From the NCBI GenBank assembly GCA_947085295.1, contig CAMTVX010000028.1:26148-90147 (forward strand): a stretch of DNA of 64,000 nt. The letters are read 5' to 3'. The position numbers and the translations under genes are program-made. This document shows, piece by piece, positions 52,179 to 62,671 of this stretch. The notes below the pieces were generated by a model. That model was not told the DNA's origin. It saw only the letters and a program-made list of their open reading frames with translations, and did no database searches. Source of the DNA: an uncultured Alphaproteobacteria bacterium. GTDB taxonomy: Bacteria; Pseudomonadota; Alphaproteobacteria; UBA11222. Each line of letters begins with the position of its first letter. Positions within the stretch are counted from its first letter, which is position 1.

Positions 52179-53621
52179 ATGCACCGCGACCGTAAAGTAA
52201 AAATCCTGGCGACGCTTGGGCCTGCCAGCGCAACGCCTGAGATGATCCGCAATCTATTCCTGGCCGGGGCCGACGTGTTTCGCATTAATATGAGCCATAC
52301 CAGCCATGATGCGGCCACCAAAATGTATGACATGATCCGCGAAGCAGAGGCGGAGCTGGACCGCCCCATCGGCATTCTGGCTGATTTGCAGGGTCCAAAA
52401 TTGCGCATTGGCGAAATTACCGGCAATGCCGCCGTACTGACCGCCGGGCAAAGTTTTATGCTGGACCTGGAGCCGCAGGCAGGCGACGCGACCCGCGCGC
52501 CCTTGCCGCACCCGGAAATATTTCAGGCCCTGAAAGCCGGCTCGACCCTGCTGATAGATGATGGCCGTATCCGCTTGACGGTGCACAACATTCAGTCAGA
52601 CCGCGCTGAAACCACGGTGGTGGTTGGAGGCACGTTAAGCTCGCGCAAGGGTGTCAATGTACCTGACGTGGTGCTGCCGCTTAGCGCATTGTCGCCCAAG
52701 GATCGCGCCGATCTGGAACATGTCGCGGCACTTGGTGTGGACTGGATCGCGTTATCGTTTGTGCAGCGCGCCGAAGATGTGATTGAGGCGCGCCGCCTGA
52801 TTACAGGGCGCACGGCCGTGCTGGCGAAAATTGAAAAGCCGTCGGCGCTGGAAGATCTGACAAAAATCATTGAAGCCAGCGACGCCATCATGGTCGCGCG
52901 CGGCGATCTGGGGGTTGAATTGCCGGTGGAACATGTTCCCGGCTGGCAAAAACAGATCACCCGCGCGGCGCGCGCCGCCGGTAAACCGGTAGTGATTGCC
53001 ACGCAAATGCTGGAATCCATGATCGAAGCGCCGATCCCCACGCGGGCGGAAGTGTCCGATGTGGCGACCGCCGTGTATGATGGCGCGGACGCCATTATGC
53101 TGTCGGCAGAATCCGCATCCGGTAAATATCCCATTGAGGCGGTGACGATGATGAACCGCATTGCCTGCCGCGTTGAAAGCGATCCGAATTATGCCGCTGC
53201 GGTTGCGGGATTACGCACACCGCCGCAACCAACCGCCGCAGACGCCATCGCAGAAGCCGCGCATACCGTGGCCGATACTGTGAATGCCGCCGCCATTGTC
53301 AGCTATACCAATTCCGGCTCCACCGGACTGCGCGTGGCGCGCACCCGGCCGCTGGTTCCCATTATGGTGCTGACCACGCGCATTGGTACGGCGCGGCGGC
53401 TGTCACTTGCGTGGGGGCTGCATTGCGTTTGCACGGTGGATGTGCATGATTTTCACGAAATGGTGGACAAGGCGTCGCGTATGGTGTTTCAGGAGCGTTT
53501 CGCGCGTAGCGGCCAGCGCATTGTCATTACCGCAGGCGTTCCCTTCGGCACGCCGGGCGCTACCAATGTACTGCATATCGCCTTGGTCGGCAGCGGTGGC
53601 CAGCGACCAGAAATTCCGTAA
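52179..53621 (+). CDS. pyk: Pyruvate kinase.
   Basis: KILATLGPAS...MVARGDLGVE pyruvate kinase barrel and C-terminal domains. Confidence 0.9.
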   Translation: MHRDRKVKILATLGPASATPEMIRNLFLAGADVFRINMSHTSHDAATKMYDMIREAEAELDRPIGILADLQGPKLRIGEITGNAAVLTAGQSFMLDLEPQAGDATRAPLPHPEIFQALKAGSTLLIDDGRIRLTVHNIQSDRAETTVVVGGTLSSRKGVNVPDVVLPLSALSPKDRADLEHVAALGVDWIALSFVQRAEDVIEARRLITGRTAVLAKIEKPSALEDLTKIIEASDAIMVARGDLGVELPVEHVPGWQKQITRAARAAGKPVVIATQMLESMIEAPIPTRAEVSDVATAVYDGADAIMLSAESASGKYPIEAVTMMNRIACRVESDPNYAAAVAGLRTPPQPTAADAIAEAAHTVADTVNAAAIVSYTNSGSTGLRVARTRPLVPIMVLTTRIGTARRLSLAWGLHCVCTVDVHDFHEMVDKASRMVFQERFARSGQRIVITAGVPFGTPGATNVLHIALVGSGGQRPEIP

Positions 53622-53625
53622 CCGA

Positions 53626-54606
53626 TCAGTTATTGGCCTGACGGGCAACATCATGGATCGCGTCCAACACCACATCTGGATGCGCATGATGCGGTGAATG
53701 GCCAGTGTTTGGCAGCAGGATCAGCTTTGATCCGGCAACCTGACTGTGCAGGCGTCTGCCGTGATTTTCAGGATTTACCGATTTGTCGTCTTCGCCAAAA
53801 ATGATCGTCATCGGCATGCGAAGTTCTGCATAGCGATTTTTTTGTACTGCCAGAAACGCTGCAAGGTTACGCATATCCTCGGCATTGGCCCGCCAGTTAT
53901 CGGGGCGCACCAGCAGCGACAGCCCCGCCCGTTCCGCATAATTTGCAGGCGGCGCGTTTGGCGCAAAATTGCGCGCCACCGCTGAGGATGAGGCAAACGC
54001 AAAGCCCGGCGCGGCGAACATGTTCAAAAACATATCTCCCAGCACCGGAACCGCAGGAAGACGATTATGCAGGGCGGGATCACTGCGCCAGGGATGCGAT
54101 GCCCCCGCCAGCATAACCACGCCCCCTGTATCCTGCGGATAATCCAGCGCATAGGCCAGCACCACCGCACCTGCCCAGCTATGCCCAACCAGAATGGGTT
54201 TCTGCGCGCCGATCCTGTCCAGCAACCCGTGGATGAGTTTTGCCTGTATCGCCGGATCGATCCAGCCCACGCCATTGGTAGCAGGGCGCTGGCTGTAGCC
54301 ATAGCCGGGACGGTCAATGGCAATGACCCGGTATTGTTCGGCCAAAGCCGGAAAAATACTGATGACAAAATCGCGTAGATTGCTACTGGCGCCGTGCACT
54401 AACAGGATCGTCTGACGCCCCGTCTGATCCGGAGCGCTATCCAGATAATGCAGCCTGACGCCGTCAATTTCGATAAAACTGCCGAGCGGGGGATGCGCCT
54501 GGATCGCACTGTTGGCGGCGTAACCACTATAGCCCACAAGGCCGCCCGTCATGGCCGCCAAAAACAATATTACGCCAATCACCCTTCTGCCCCTTACACG
54601 CCGCAC
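53626..54606 (-). CDS. Alpha/beta hydrolase with an N-terminal membrane anchor.
   Basis: Nucleophile elbow GHSWAG and HGASSN oxyanion region. Confidence 0.75.
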   Translation of the reverse strand: MRRVRGRRVIGVILFLAAMTGGLVGYSGYAANSAIQAHPPLGSFIEIDGVRLHYLDSAPDQTGRQTILLVHGASSNLRDFVISIFPALAEQYRVIAIDRPGYGYSQRPATNGVGWIDPAIQAKLIHGLLDRIGAQKPILVGHSWAGAVVLAYALDYPQDTGGVVMLAGASHPWRSDPALHNRLPAVPVLGDMFLNMFAAPGFAFASSSAVARNFAPNAPPANYAERAGLSLLVRPDNWRANAEDMRNLAAFLAVQKNRYAELRMPMTIIFGEDDKSVNPENHGRRLHSQVAGSKLILLPNTGHSPHHAHPDVVLDAIHDVARQANN

Positions 54607-54610
54607 ACGG

Positions 54611-55183
54611 CTAAATCCCGCGTCCCTTGACCGTCAATTCCAGACGTTCCGCTTCCCTGGCAATATCTTTCAGATGGGGATTGATCTGTAATGCGCGTTT
54701 ATAGGCCTGTAATGCCCGCGCATCTTCGCCCATCGCCAGCATAATAGTGCCAAGCCCCGACCATGCGCCGAAATGTCGCGGCTCCAGGCGCAGGGTACGC
54801 TCGACATCCCGCAAAGCAGCCTTGTAATCATCCCGCATAAAAAAAGCCGTGGCCCGTTTATTCCAGCCCTCGGCATATTCGGGGGAAAGGACGACAACTT
54901 CGTTGAGCAGATCAATCGCCGGTTCAGAGGCATCCTCGCGCAGGAATGCGTCCGCCCGCGAAAGCAGCACATCCGTCGTATCGCTACCGGAAACCTGCCA
55001 TAGCGTCCAGATCTGGCCTTCTATCGCGCGGGCCTCTTCTGGCGCCATATCCTTGTTCAACAGTTTCTCAAACAGGGGCGCGAGGTGCGGATGACGCTGG
55101 TCGGCCAGTGCGGGAGAAACACAGCCCAGCATCACCGCCAAAAGCGCGGCCCACCAGCCGGAATATGTCAGATTAACCCTCAT
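54611..55183 (-). CDS. Tetratricopeptide repeat protein (exported).
   Basis: Signal-like N-terminus MRVNLTYSGWWAALLAVMLGCVSPALA followed by TPR-like helices (AYKRALQINP...). The ORF-track start was trimmed. Confidence 0.6.
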   Translation of the reverse strand: MRVNLTYSGWWAALLAVMLGCVSPALADQRHPHLAPLFEKLLNKDMAPEEARAIEGQIWTLWQVSGSDTTDVLLSRADAFLREDASEPAIDLLNEVVVLSPEYAEGWNKRATAFFMRDDYKAALRDVERTLRLEPRHFGAWSGLGTIMLAMGEDARALQAYKRALQINPHLKDIAREAERLELTVKGRGI

Positions 55184-55482
55184 GACGTACAGATAAGCAT
55201 TAATCCTGCCCTTCGCCAAGTGGTTGGTAAACACCAATTTAGCCAGGCTGTGACCGGCATCACCCATCCGTATCGTCAATGAACACAAAAATGCCTTATT
55301 CTGGCCTTGGTCCCGCCGCTTTGCCCGTTCATGATCCTTTCTGTACTCCCCCGTACATGGATCTCCTGGACCCCCTGCCAACTCGCCCTTGGCAGGGGGT
55401 CGCCTGTTTTTAAAACTTGCTCAATTGGCCGGTTGGTCTGATACATACATTTAGACCAGCCATACCCCAAAAGAGCATTTTC

Positions 55483-57075
55483 ATGAGTATTCCACGCGAT
55501 TTATGTTTATCCAGCAAAGCCTGGCCATTTGAAGAGGCCCGCAAGGTTCTGGCCCGAATTGGCGGAAAAATGCCTGCCAAGGGACATGTGCTGTTTGAAA
55601 CCGGGTACGGACCTAGCGGATTACCGCATATTGGCACATTTGGCGAGGTTGCGCGCACCAGCATGGTCCGATTCGCTTTTGAACAGATCAGCGATGTGCC
55701 GACCCGGCTGATCTGCTTTTCCGACGATATGGATGGCCTGCGCCGGGTGCCGGAAAATATTCCCAACGGCGAAATCATGCTGCCGCATCTGAAGAAACCA
55801 TTGACCGATGTGCCGGATCCGTTTGGCCAGCATGACAGCTTTGGCGCCCATAATAATGCGCGGTTGCGGGCGTTTCTGGATGCGTTCGGGTTTCAGTATG
55901 AATTTTTCAGTTCCACGAAAATGTACCGGTCGGGAAAATTCGACGACGCACTGCGCACTGTGCTGAAAAATTATGATGCCGTGATCAATGTGGTGCTGCC
56001 GGAACTGGGCGAAGAGCGCCGCAAAACCTATAGCCCGTTTCTGCCCGTGTGCGTGAAAACCGGGCGCGTACTGGAAGTCCCGGTGGTAGAAGTACGCCCC
56101 GCCACGGATAGCATTGTGTATCGCGACGAAGACGGATCACTGGTGGAAACCCTTGTCACCGGCGGACGCTGCAAATTGCAATGGCGTCCCGACTGGGCAA
56201 TGCGCTGGTTCGCGCTGGATGTTGATTATGAAATGTCCGGCAAGGATCTCATCAGCTCTGTGCAGATGGGCAGCCGCATTTGCAAGGCGATCGGTGGACG
56301 GCCGCCGGAAACGCTTAGCTACGAATTATTTCTGGATGAAAATGGCGAGCGTATTTCCAAATCGCGCGGCAATGGCCTTACCATTGACGAATGGCTGCGC
56401 TATGCGTCGCCTGAAAGTCTGCAACTCTATATGTTTCAAAAGCCACGCACCGCAAAGCGGCTGCATTTCGATGTGATCCCCAAGGCGGTGGATGAATATA
56501 TCGCGCATCTGGATGCGCTGGCCGGGCAAACGCCAACCGAACAGCTATCCAATCCGGCATGGCATATTCATCGTGGAACACCCCCAAAGGAAGAAGTGCC
56601 GATTTCTTTTTCCATGCTGCTTAATCTTGCCAGCGCCAGTAACAGCCGCGACAGCAGCGTATTATGGGGATTTATTGCGCGTTATCTGCCGGGCGTGCAG
56701 CCTGTGGCACATCCCATCCTGGATAAAATGGTGGGATATGCTGTGGCCTATTATCACGACTTTGTCCTTCCGGCGAAAAAATATCGTCCGCCTACGGATC
56801 AGGAACGCGCCGCAATGATGGACCTGCACGATCGGCTGAAGACGCTTGATTCCGGCACCAGCGCGGAACTTTTGCAAAATCTGGTGTTTGAAACCGGCAA
56901 GGCGCACGGCTTTGAAAATCTGCGCGACTGGTTCAGGGCGCTGTACGAAGTGCTGCTTGGGCAAAGCCAGGGACCGCGCATGGGTTCATTCATCGCGCTG
57001 TATGGCGTGGAGGAAACCTGCAAGCTGATCGCCGGCATGCTTGCGCAAAATAAATCGCAGGTCAGCTCTATATGA
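55483..57075 (+). CDS. lysK: Lysine--tRNA ligase, class I.
   Basis: Class I HIGH-like SGLPHIGTFGE and KMSKS-like KSRGNG motifs, characteristic of the alphaproteobacterial class I LysRS. Confidence 0.85.
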   Translation: MSIPRDLCLSSKAWPFEEARKVLARIGGKMPAKGHVLFETGYGPSGLPHIGTFGEVARTSMVRFAFEQISDVPTRLICFSDDMDGLRRVPENIPNGEIMLPHLKKPLTDVPDPFGQHDSFGAHNNARLRAFLDAFGFQYEFFSSTKMYRSGKFDDALRTVLKNYDAVINVVLPELGEERRKTYSPFLPVCVKTGRVLEVPVVEVRPATDSIVYRDEDGSLVETLVTGGRCKLQWRPDWAMRWFALDVDYEMSGKDLISSVQMGSRICKAIGGRPPETLSYELFLDENGERISKSRGNGLTIDEWLRYASPESLQLYMFQKPRTAKRLHFDVIPKAVDEYIAHLDALAGQTPTEQLSNPAWHIHRGTPPKEEVPISFSMLLNLASASNSRDSSVLWGFIARYLPGVQPVAHPILDKMVGYAVAYYHDFVLPAKKYRPPTDQERAAMMDLHDRLKTLDSGTSAELLQNLVFETGKAHGFENLRDWFRALYEVLLGQSQGPRMGSFIALYGVEETCKLIAGMLAQNKSQVSSI

Positions 57076-57581
57076 AGCGGCTTTATCTGTTGCGCAGCAC
57101 GCGCCACCGAACTGTCGATTCCGCGCTGTCCGATTATCATCGCCCCCTCACGCGGCGTGGTGAAATTGCCGCCACGGCCATGGGCAAGGCCATGCAAAAA
57201 AATGGCTATATTCCGGATCTGGTGATTTGCGCAACGGCCACCCGCACCCGTCAGACACTGGCGAATGCCTGGCCATATCTACAGGGTATGAATGGGGCAG
57301 CCCCTGAACTTTTACATGATTTCCGCATCCATTTAATGCGCGGCGATGCGATGCTGCAACGCCTGCGTGAAATTAATGCGTGCTTTGATCGCGTCCTGAT
57401 TGTTAGCATCGCCCCAGGGATAAGTGATCTTGCGCGGCTTGTGATCCATCCAAAAGAAGATACGCCCGATCCCTTTGCACAAGACCTTCCGATGGGAGGC
57501 CTGGCAATCTTCGACTGTGACGCGGATGACTGGACGAGCCTTTCGCCAGCCTGTGGTACACTGATCAATATTCTCAAATGA
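57072..57581 (+). CDS. Histidine phosphatase family protein (SixA-like), possibly with a degenerate catalytic motif.
   Basis: LTRRGEIAATAMGKAMQKNGYIPDLVICATATRTRQTL aligns with SixA. The N-terminal RHG motif reads LRSTRHRT instead. Confidence 0.55.
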   Translation: MKRLYLLRSTRHRTVDSALSDYHRPLTRRGEIAATAMGKAMQKNGYIPDLVICATATRTRQTLANAWPYLQGMNGAAPELLHDFRIHLMRGDAMLQRLREINACFDRVLIVSIAPGISDLARLVIHPKEDTPDPFAQDLPMGGLAIFDCDADDWTSLSPACGTLINILK

Positions 57582-58542
57582 TTGTTTTGAACAGGCCGCC
57601 TTCGCGCAGCCCCATCAGTGTGCGCACGCCACAATAGCCAACCAGGCTACTGGCCAGCGCAAGCAGAACGATACAAAAAACTGTCGGGAAACCCGTCCCG
57701 ATAGCGCCGCTATAATCCATTGCAGCAGCGGCCGCAGCACCTGCCGGAAATGTAAAGGACCACCAGGCAAGGCTGAAACGCAAGCGCGCAAAACGCACGG
57801 CATGTGCAATCGTCAAAATCAAAAACAGCACCATGGTGTAAAACAGAAACCGCGCAAAGCCATCGATCAACTGCTGATTCAGCACGACATAAGACATGAA
57901 CGCAAGCGCAGGCGGCGTAACCGGAATGGCCAGTAATGGCAGCTCTTCATCCTTCAACGGCATATCGAAAAACAACCGCTCAAACATCATCACCAGAAAG
58001 AACAGCCATAACAGCAAGCCCAGCGAAAACATCATCCAGCCAATCTCAACAAAGCCAAGCTGATACCCGGTCGCCGGACCAAGCAGCAAACCTGCGGATG
58101 GCAAAAACAATGACGGCTGAAATATCCGGCGTGGATGACCGCCCTGCATCCAGCGCATCAGGATTATTATCAGCAGAAAAAATTGCGTCACAGTTCCAAT
58201 AACCCACAGCAATGTGGCAACGGACTGATCCAGTGGCAAGGCGCCCGCCGCGAGCAGTTGCAGGCTTAATGGCACAGTGGCAAAAAACGCAATCCGCTTC
58301 AGATCACTTACCTCATCGCGCATGGCCTGTGGCGCGCGGGCGATCTTCAGGCCATAGGCCGTGGCAATCCACGCAAACACCAGAACGCCGGCAAATATCA
58401 GCACCTCGCCAATCCACGGCGCGACCCCTAGGATCGGCGCGGATTTGCGCCAGGCAAGACCAAGCCCGGAAATTCCCAGAACAGCCGCGAACAGGGATAC
58501 CGGAATATCCGGAACAGGTTTTCCGATTTTACGATCCGTCAT
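57574..58542 (-). CDS. TDT (TehA/Mae1, SLAC1-like) family anion transporter.
   Basis: Ten TM helices, ~320 aa, matching the C4-dicarboxylate/tellurite-resistance transporter family pattern. Confidence 0.6.
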   Translation of the reverse strand: MTDRKIGKPVPDIPVSLFAAVLGISGLGLAWRKSAPILGVAPWIGEVLIFAGVLVFAWIATAYGLKIARAPQAMRDEVSDLKRIAFFATVPLSLQLLAAGALPLDQSVATLLWVIGTVTQFFLLIIILMRWMQGGHPRRIFQPSLFLPSAGLLLGPATGYQLGFVEIGWMMFSLGLLLWLFFLVMMFERLFFDMPLKDEELPLLAIPVTPPALAFMSYVVLNQQLIDGFARFLFYTMVLFLILTIAHAVRFARLRFSLAWWSFTFPAGAAAAAAMDYSGAIGTGFPTVFCIVLLALASSLVGYCGVRTLMGLREGGLFKTII

Positions 58543-58557
58543 CCGCCAAACCCCAAA

Positions 58558-59373
58558 TTAAAATCGCTTCCAGACTGCCATGAACAGCGCATTGCCTGCA
58601 CCGGTATTGCGTCCTGCATATTCGCTAAAGCCACCTGCCTGCAAGGCCATACCATGCGGTAGATCCCTTACGATGGATATCTGCGCTTTAGACAGATCAT
58701 ATGCGGTTGGATCAGAATCACCTGCGCGTTGTATCGAAACAATGTTAAAGCTCTGAATGATAATTTGATACTTTTGCAATGCACGAATTCCAAACGTGGC
58801 ATCGGCACGCAATTGGTCTGCCGTCTTTTTATCACGCACACGATAACCGGCTTCTACAGATGAAAAATATTTCACATTCAGAAAATTTTTGACAAGCTGT
58901 CCACTGCGCCCAAACAGCAGGCGCGCCTCCATGTCCCGGCTTTCGCTTTCAAGCAGCGGCTCACGGTCAACTGACCTTGCGCCGGGCATTTTTACCAGTG
59001 TCTGGGCGGATAGTATCCAAAAATCGCCCACCAGAATTCTGGCCCGCGCGAACATTTCGATATACGAAAGACCATACATTTTTTGTCTGCCTGCGGTTGC
59101 TGCGGACGGCACGTCAAGGCGATAGAGACCTGGTTGCGCGCCAAGGGTCAGGCTGTCGGTCAGGCCGTAAACGCCGTATAGGGATAATTCCTGCTTACGA
59201 TAGGCCCTGTCTGGCGCTTTAACGCCAAAATCATCGAAACGTGCATCAGACCTGTAATCGCTCAGTGTACTGATGATTAACGCCTCGCCCCTGTTCTGCA
59301 ACCATGCGGCCTGTGCTTGCGTGGTGCAAACCCACGCAAGCAATCCCATAGGCCCCGCTATTCGCCGCCACAT
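58558..59373 (-). CDS. MipA/OmpV family outer-membrane protein.
   Basis: Signal peptide plus a beta-barrel with an aromatic C-terminus (…MAVWKRF). Confidence 0.6.
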   Translation of the reverse strand: MWRRIAGPMGLLAWVCTTQAQAAWLQNRGEALIISTLSDYRSDARFDDFGVKAPDRAYRKQELSLYGVYGLTDSLTLGAQPGLYRLDVPSAATAGRQKMYGLSYIEMFARARILVGDFWILSAQTLVKMPGARSVDREPLLESESRDMEARLLFGRSGQLVKNFLNVKYFSSVEAGYRVRDKKTADQLRADATFGIRALQKYQIIIQSFNIVSIQRAGDSDPTAYDLSKAQISIVRDLPHGMALQAGGFSEYAGRNTGAGNALFMAVWKRF

Positions 59374-59388
59374 GCGGGAGATGTGCGA

Positions 59389-61473
<2,085 letters not shown>

Positions 61474-61513
61474 CTACGGAAGTGATCTGTGGATAATTTA
61501 AGGGGGAAACCAA

Positions 61514-61927
61514 ATGACCATAGAATTGACCATGCTCGCCTGGAGTACTGTTCTACTCATTGTTCTGATTATGACATCGGCCAACGCCAATGTGATGGCT
61601 ATGGGAATGGCGTGGGGTTTTGGGAACCGCGATGAACCCGCATCGGTACCCGGCTGGGGTGCGCGGGCCAGGCGCACCTACCTCAATCACCTTGAAAACC
61701 TTGTGATCTTTGGACTGCTGGTTATTATTGCGCATCTGGCCAATGTGCATAACGATCTGACCGTTATGGGTGCGCAATTGTTCCTGGCAGCGCGCATTGT
61801 GTATGCCATTTTATATATTGCCGGGATCAGCGCCCTGGCATCGCGCACCCTGGCCTATTTTGCGGGACTGATTGGCACGATCATGGTCGCCTATGCGATA
61901 CTGACAGCGGTTCCTGTCGCTGCGTAA
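61514..61927 (+). CDS. MAPEG family membrane protein.
   Basis: Four-TM, 137-aa protein matching the MAPEG superfamily pattern. Confidence 0.6.
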   Translation: MTIELTMLAWSTVLLIVLIMTSANANVMAMGMAWGFGNRDEPASVPGWGARARRTYLNHLENLVIFGLLVIIAHLANVHNDLTVMGAQLFLAARIVYAILYIAGISALASRTLAYFAGLIGTIMVAYAILTAVPVAA

Positions 61928-61944
61928 ATTCGCTTCATCTGCGT

Positions 61945-61969
61945 AAACGGGCTCAAACTCAGCCCGTTT
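61945..61969 (+). terminator. Hairpin after the MAPEG gene (weak intrinsic terminator).
   Basis: aaacgggct caaactc agcccgttt; the trailing U-tract is weak. Confidence 0.4.
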
Positions 61970-61977
61970 ACGGCAGG

Positions 61978-62017
61978 CCAGACTTGTTCTGGAAAGTCCA
62001 GATTTGTTCTGGAAAGT
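61978..62017. repeat. 20-bp tandem direct repeat (two copies, one mismatch).
   Basis: ccagacttgttctggaaagt / ccagatttgttctggaaagt, lying between two convergent terminators. Confidence 0.6.
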
Positions 62018-62045
62018 AAAGGGGCGGCCCCTTTGCTTTCGCCGA
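62018..62045 (-). terminator. Intrinsic terminator for the globin gene.
   Basis: On the minus strand, aaaggggccgcccctttac is followed by tttcc (GC-rich hairpin plus T-tract). Confidence 0.55.
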
Positions 62046-62047
62046 AT

Positions 62048-62524
62048 TTATTTCTGCGCGCTGGCTATCATTTGCGCATCTTCCGCGCGGTAAATTTCCT
62101 TTTCCTGTTTGATAAGGATGTCAGCCAGAAAATTATAAGCGTCGCCCCAGGCCATCATCACTTCGCTGGTGGCCGCATCACCAAGAACATCCTTGATCGC
62201 CTGCAAAAGGCAGGCGCCAATCACCGGATATTGCTCTGCAATGACCCGCATATTGGTATGCTTGTGCGCGATATGCGCCAGTGGACCTTTCAGTGCATCC
62301 AGATTGTCAATGTTCATGGCATAGGCGCATACAGCCTCGGCAAGCCGCGCGGGCTGCGGACCGCCGTCGAGAGGATATTTCATCCAGGTGTTTTCAAAAA
62401 AGCGCTTATATTCAGGCCGCTCCGTAAACGCGATCTGATACATTCGCGCAGTAATTTCTTTCCCGTGTTCCTGTAATACCGGCGCAGTCGACCTGATGAT
62501 GGCTTTGGTTTGTGTACTTAACAT
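62048..62524 (-). CDS. Single-domain bacterial haemoglobin (Vitreoscilla Vgb-like globin).
   Basis: [33 protein letters not shown]...[41 protein letters not shown] aligns closely with VHb, including the proximal His region. Confidence 0.85.
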   Translation of the reverse strand: [158 protein letters not shown]

Positions 62525-62671
62525 TGACGACGCTCTCCTTTACTTTTTTCAATGTGTCCTCGGTTGATACTCTACCGTCACAGAAAAAAATGGGATTGAT
62601 CATAATCAAGGTTATTGTAAATACAGAGGTATAGATGAATATGCCCTGCGTAAATAATGAACGGATAGATC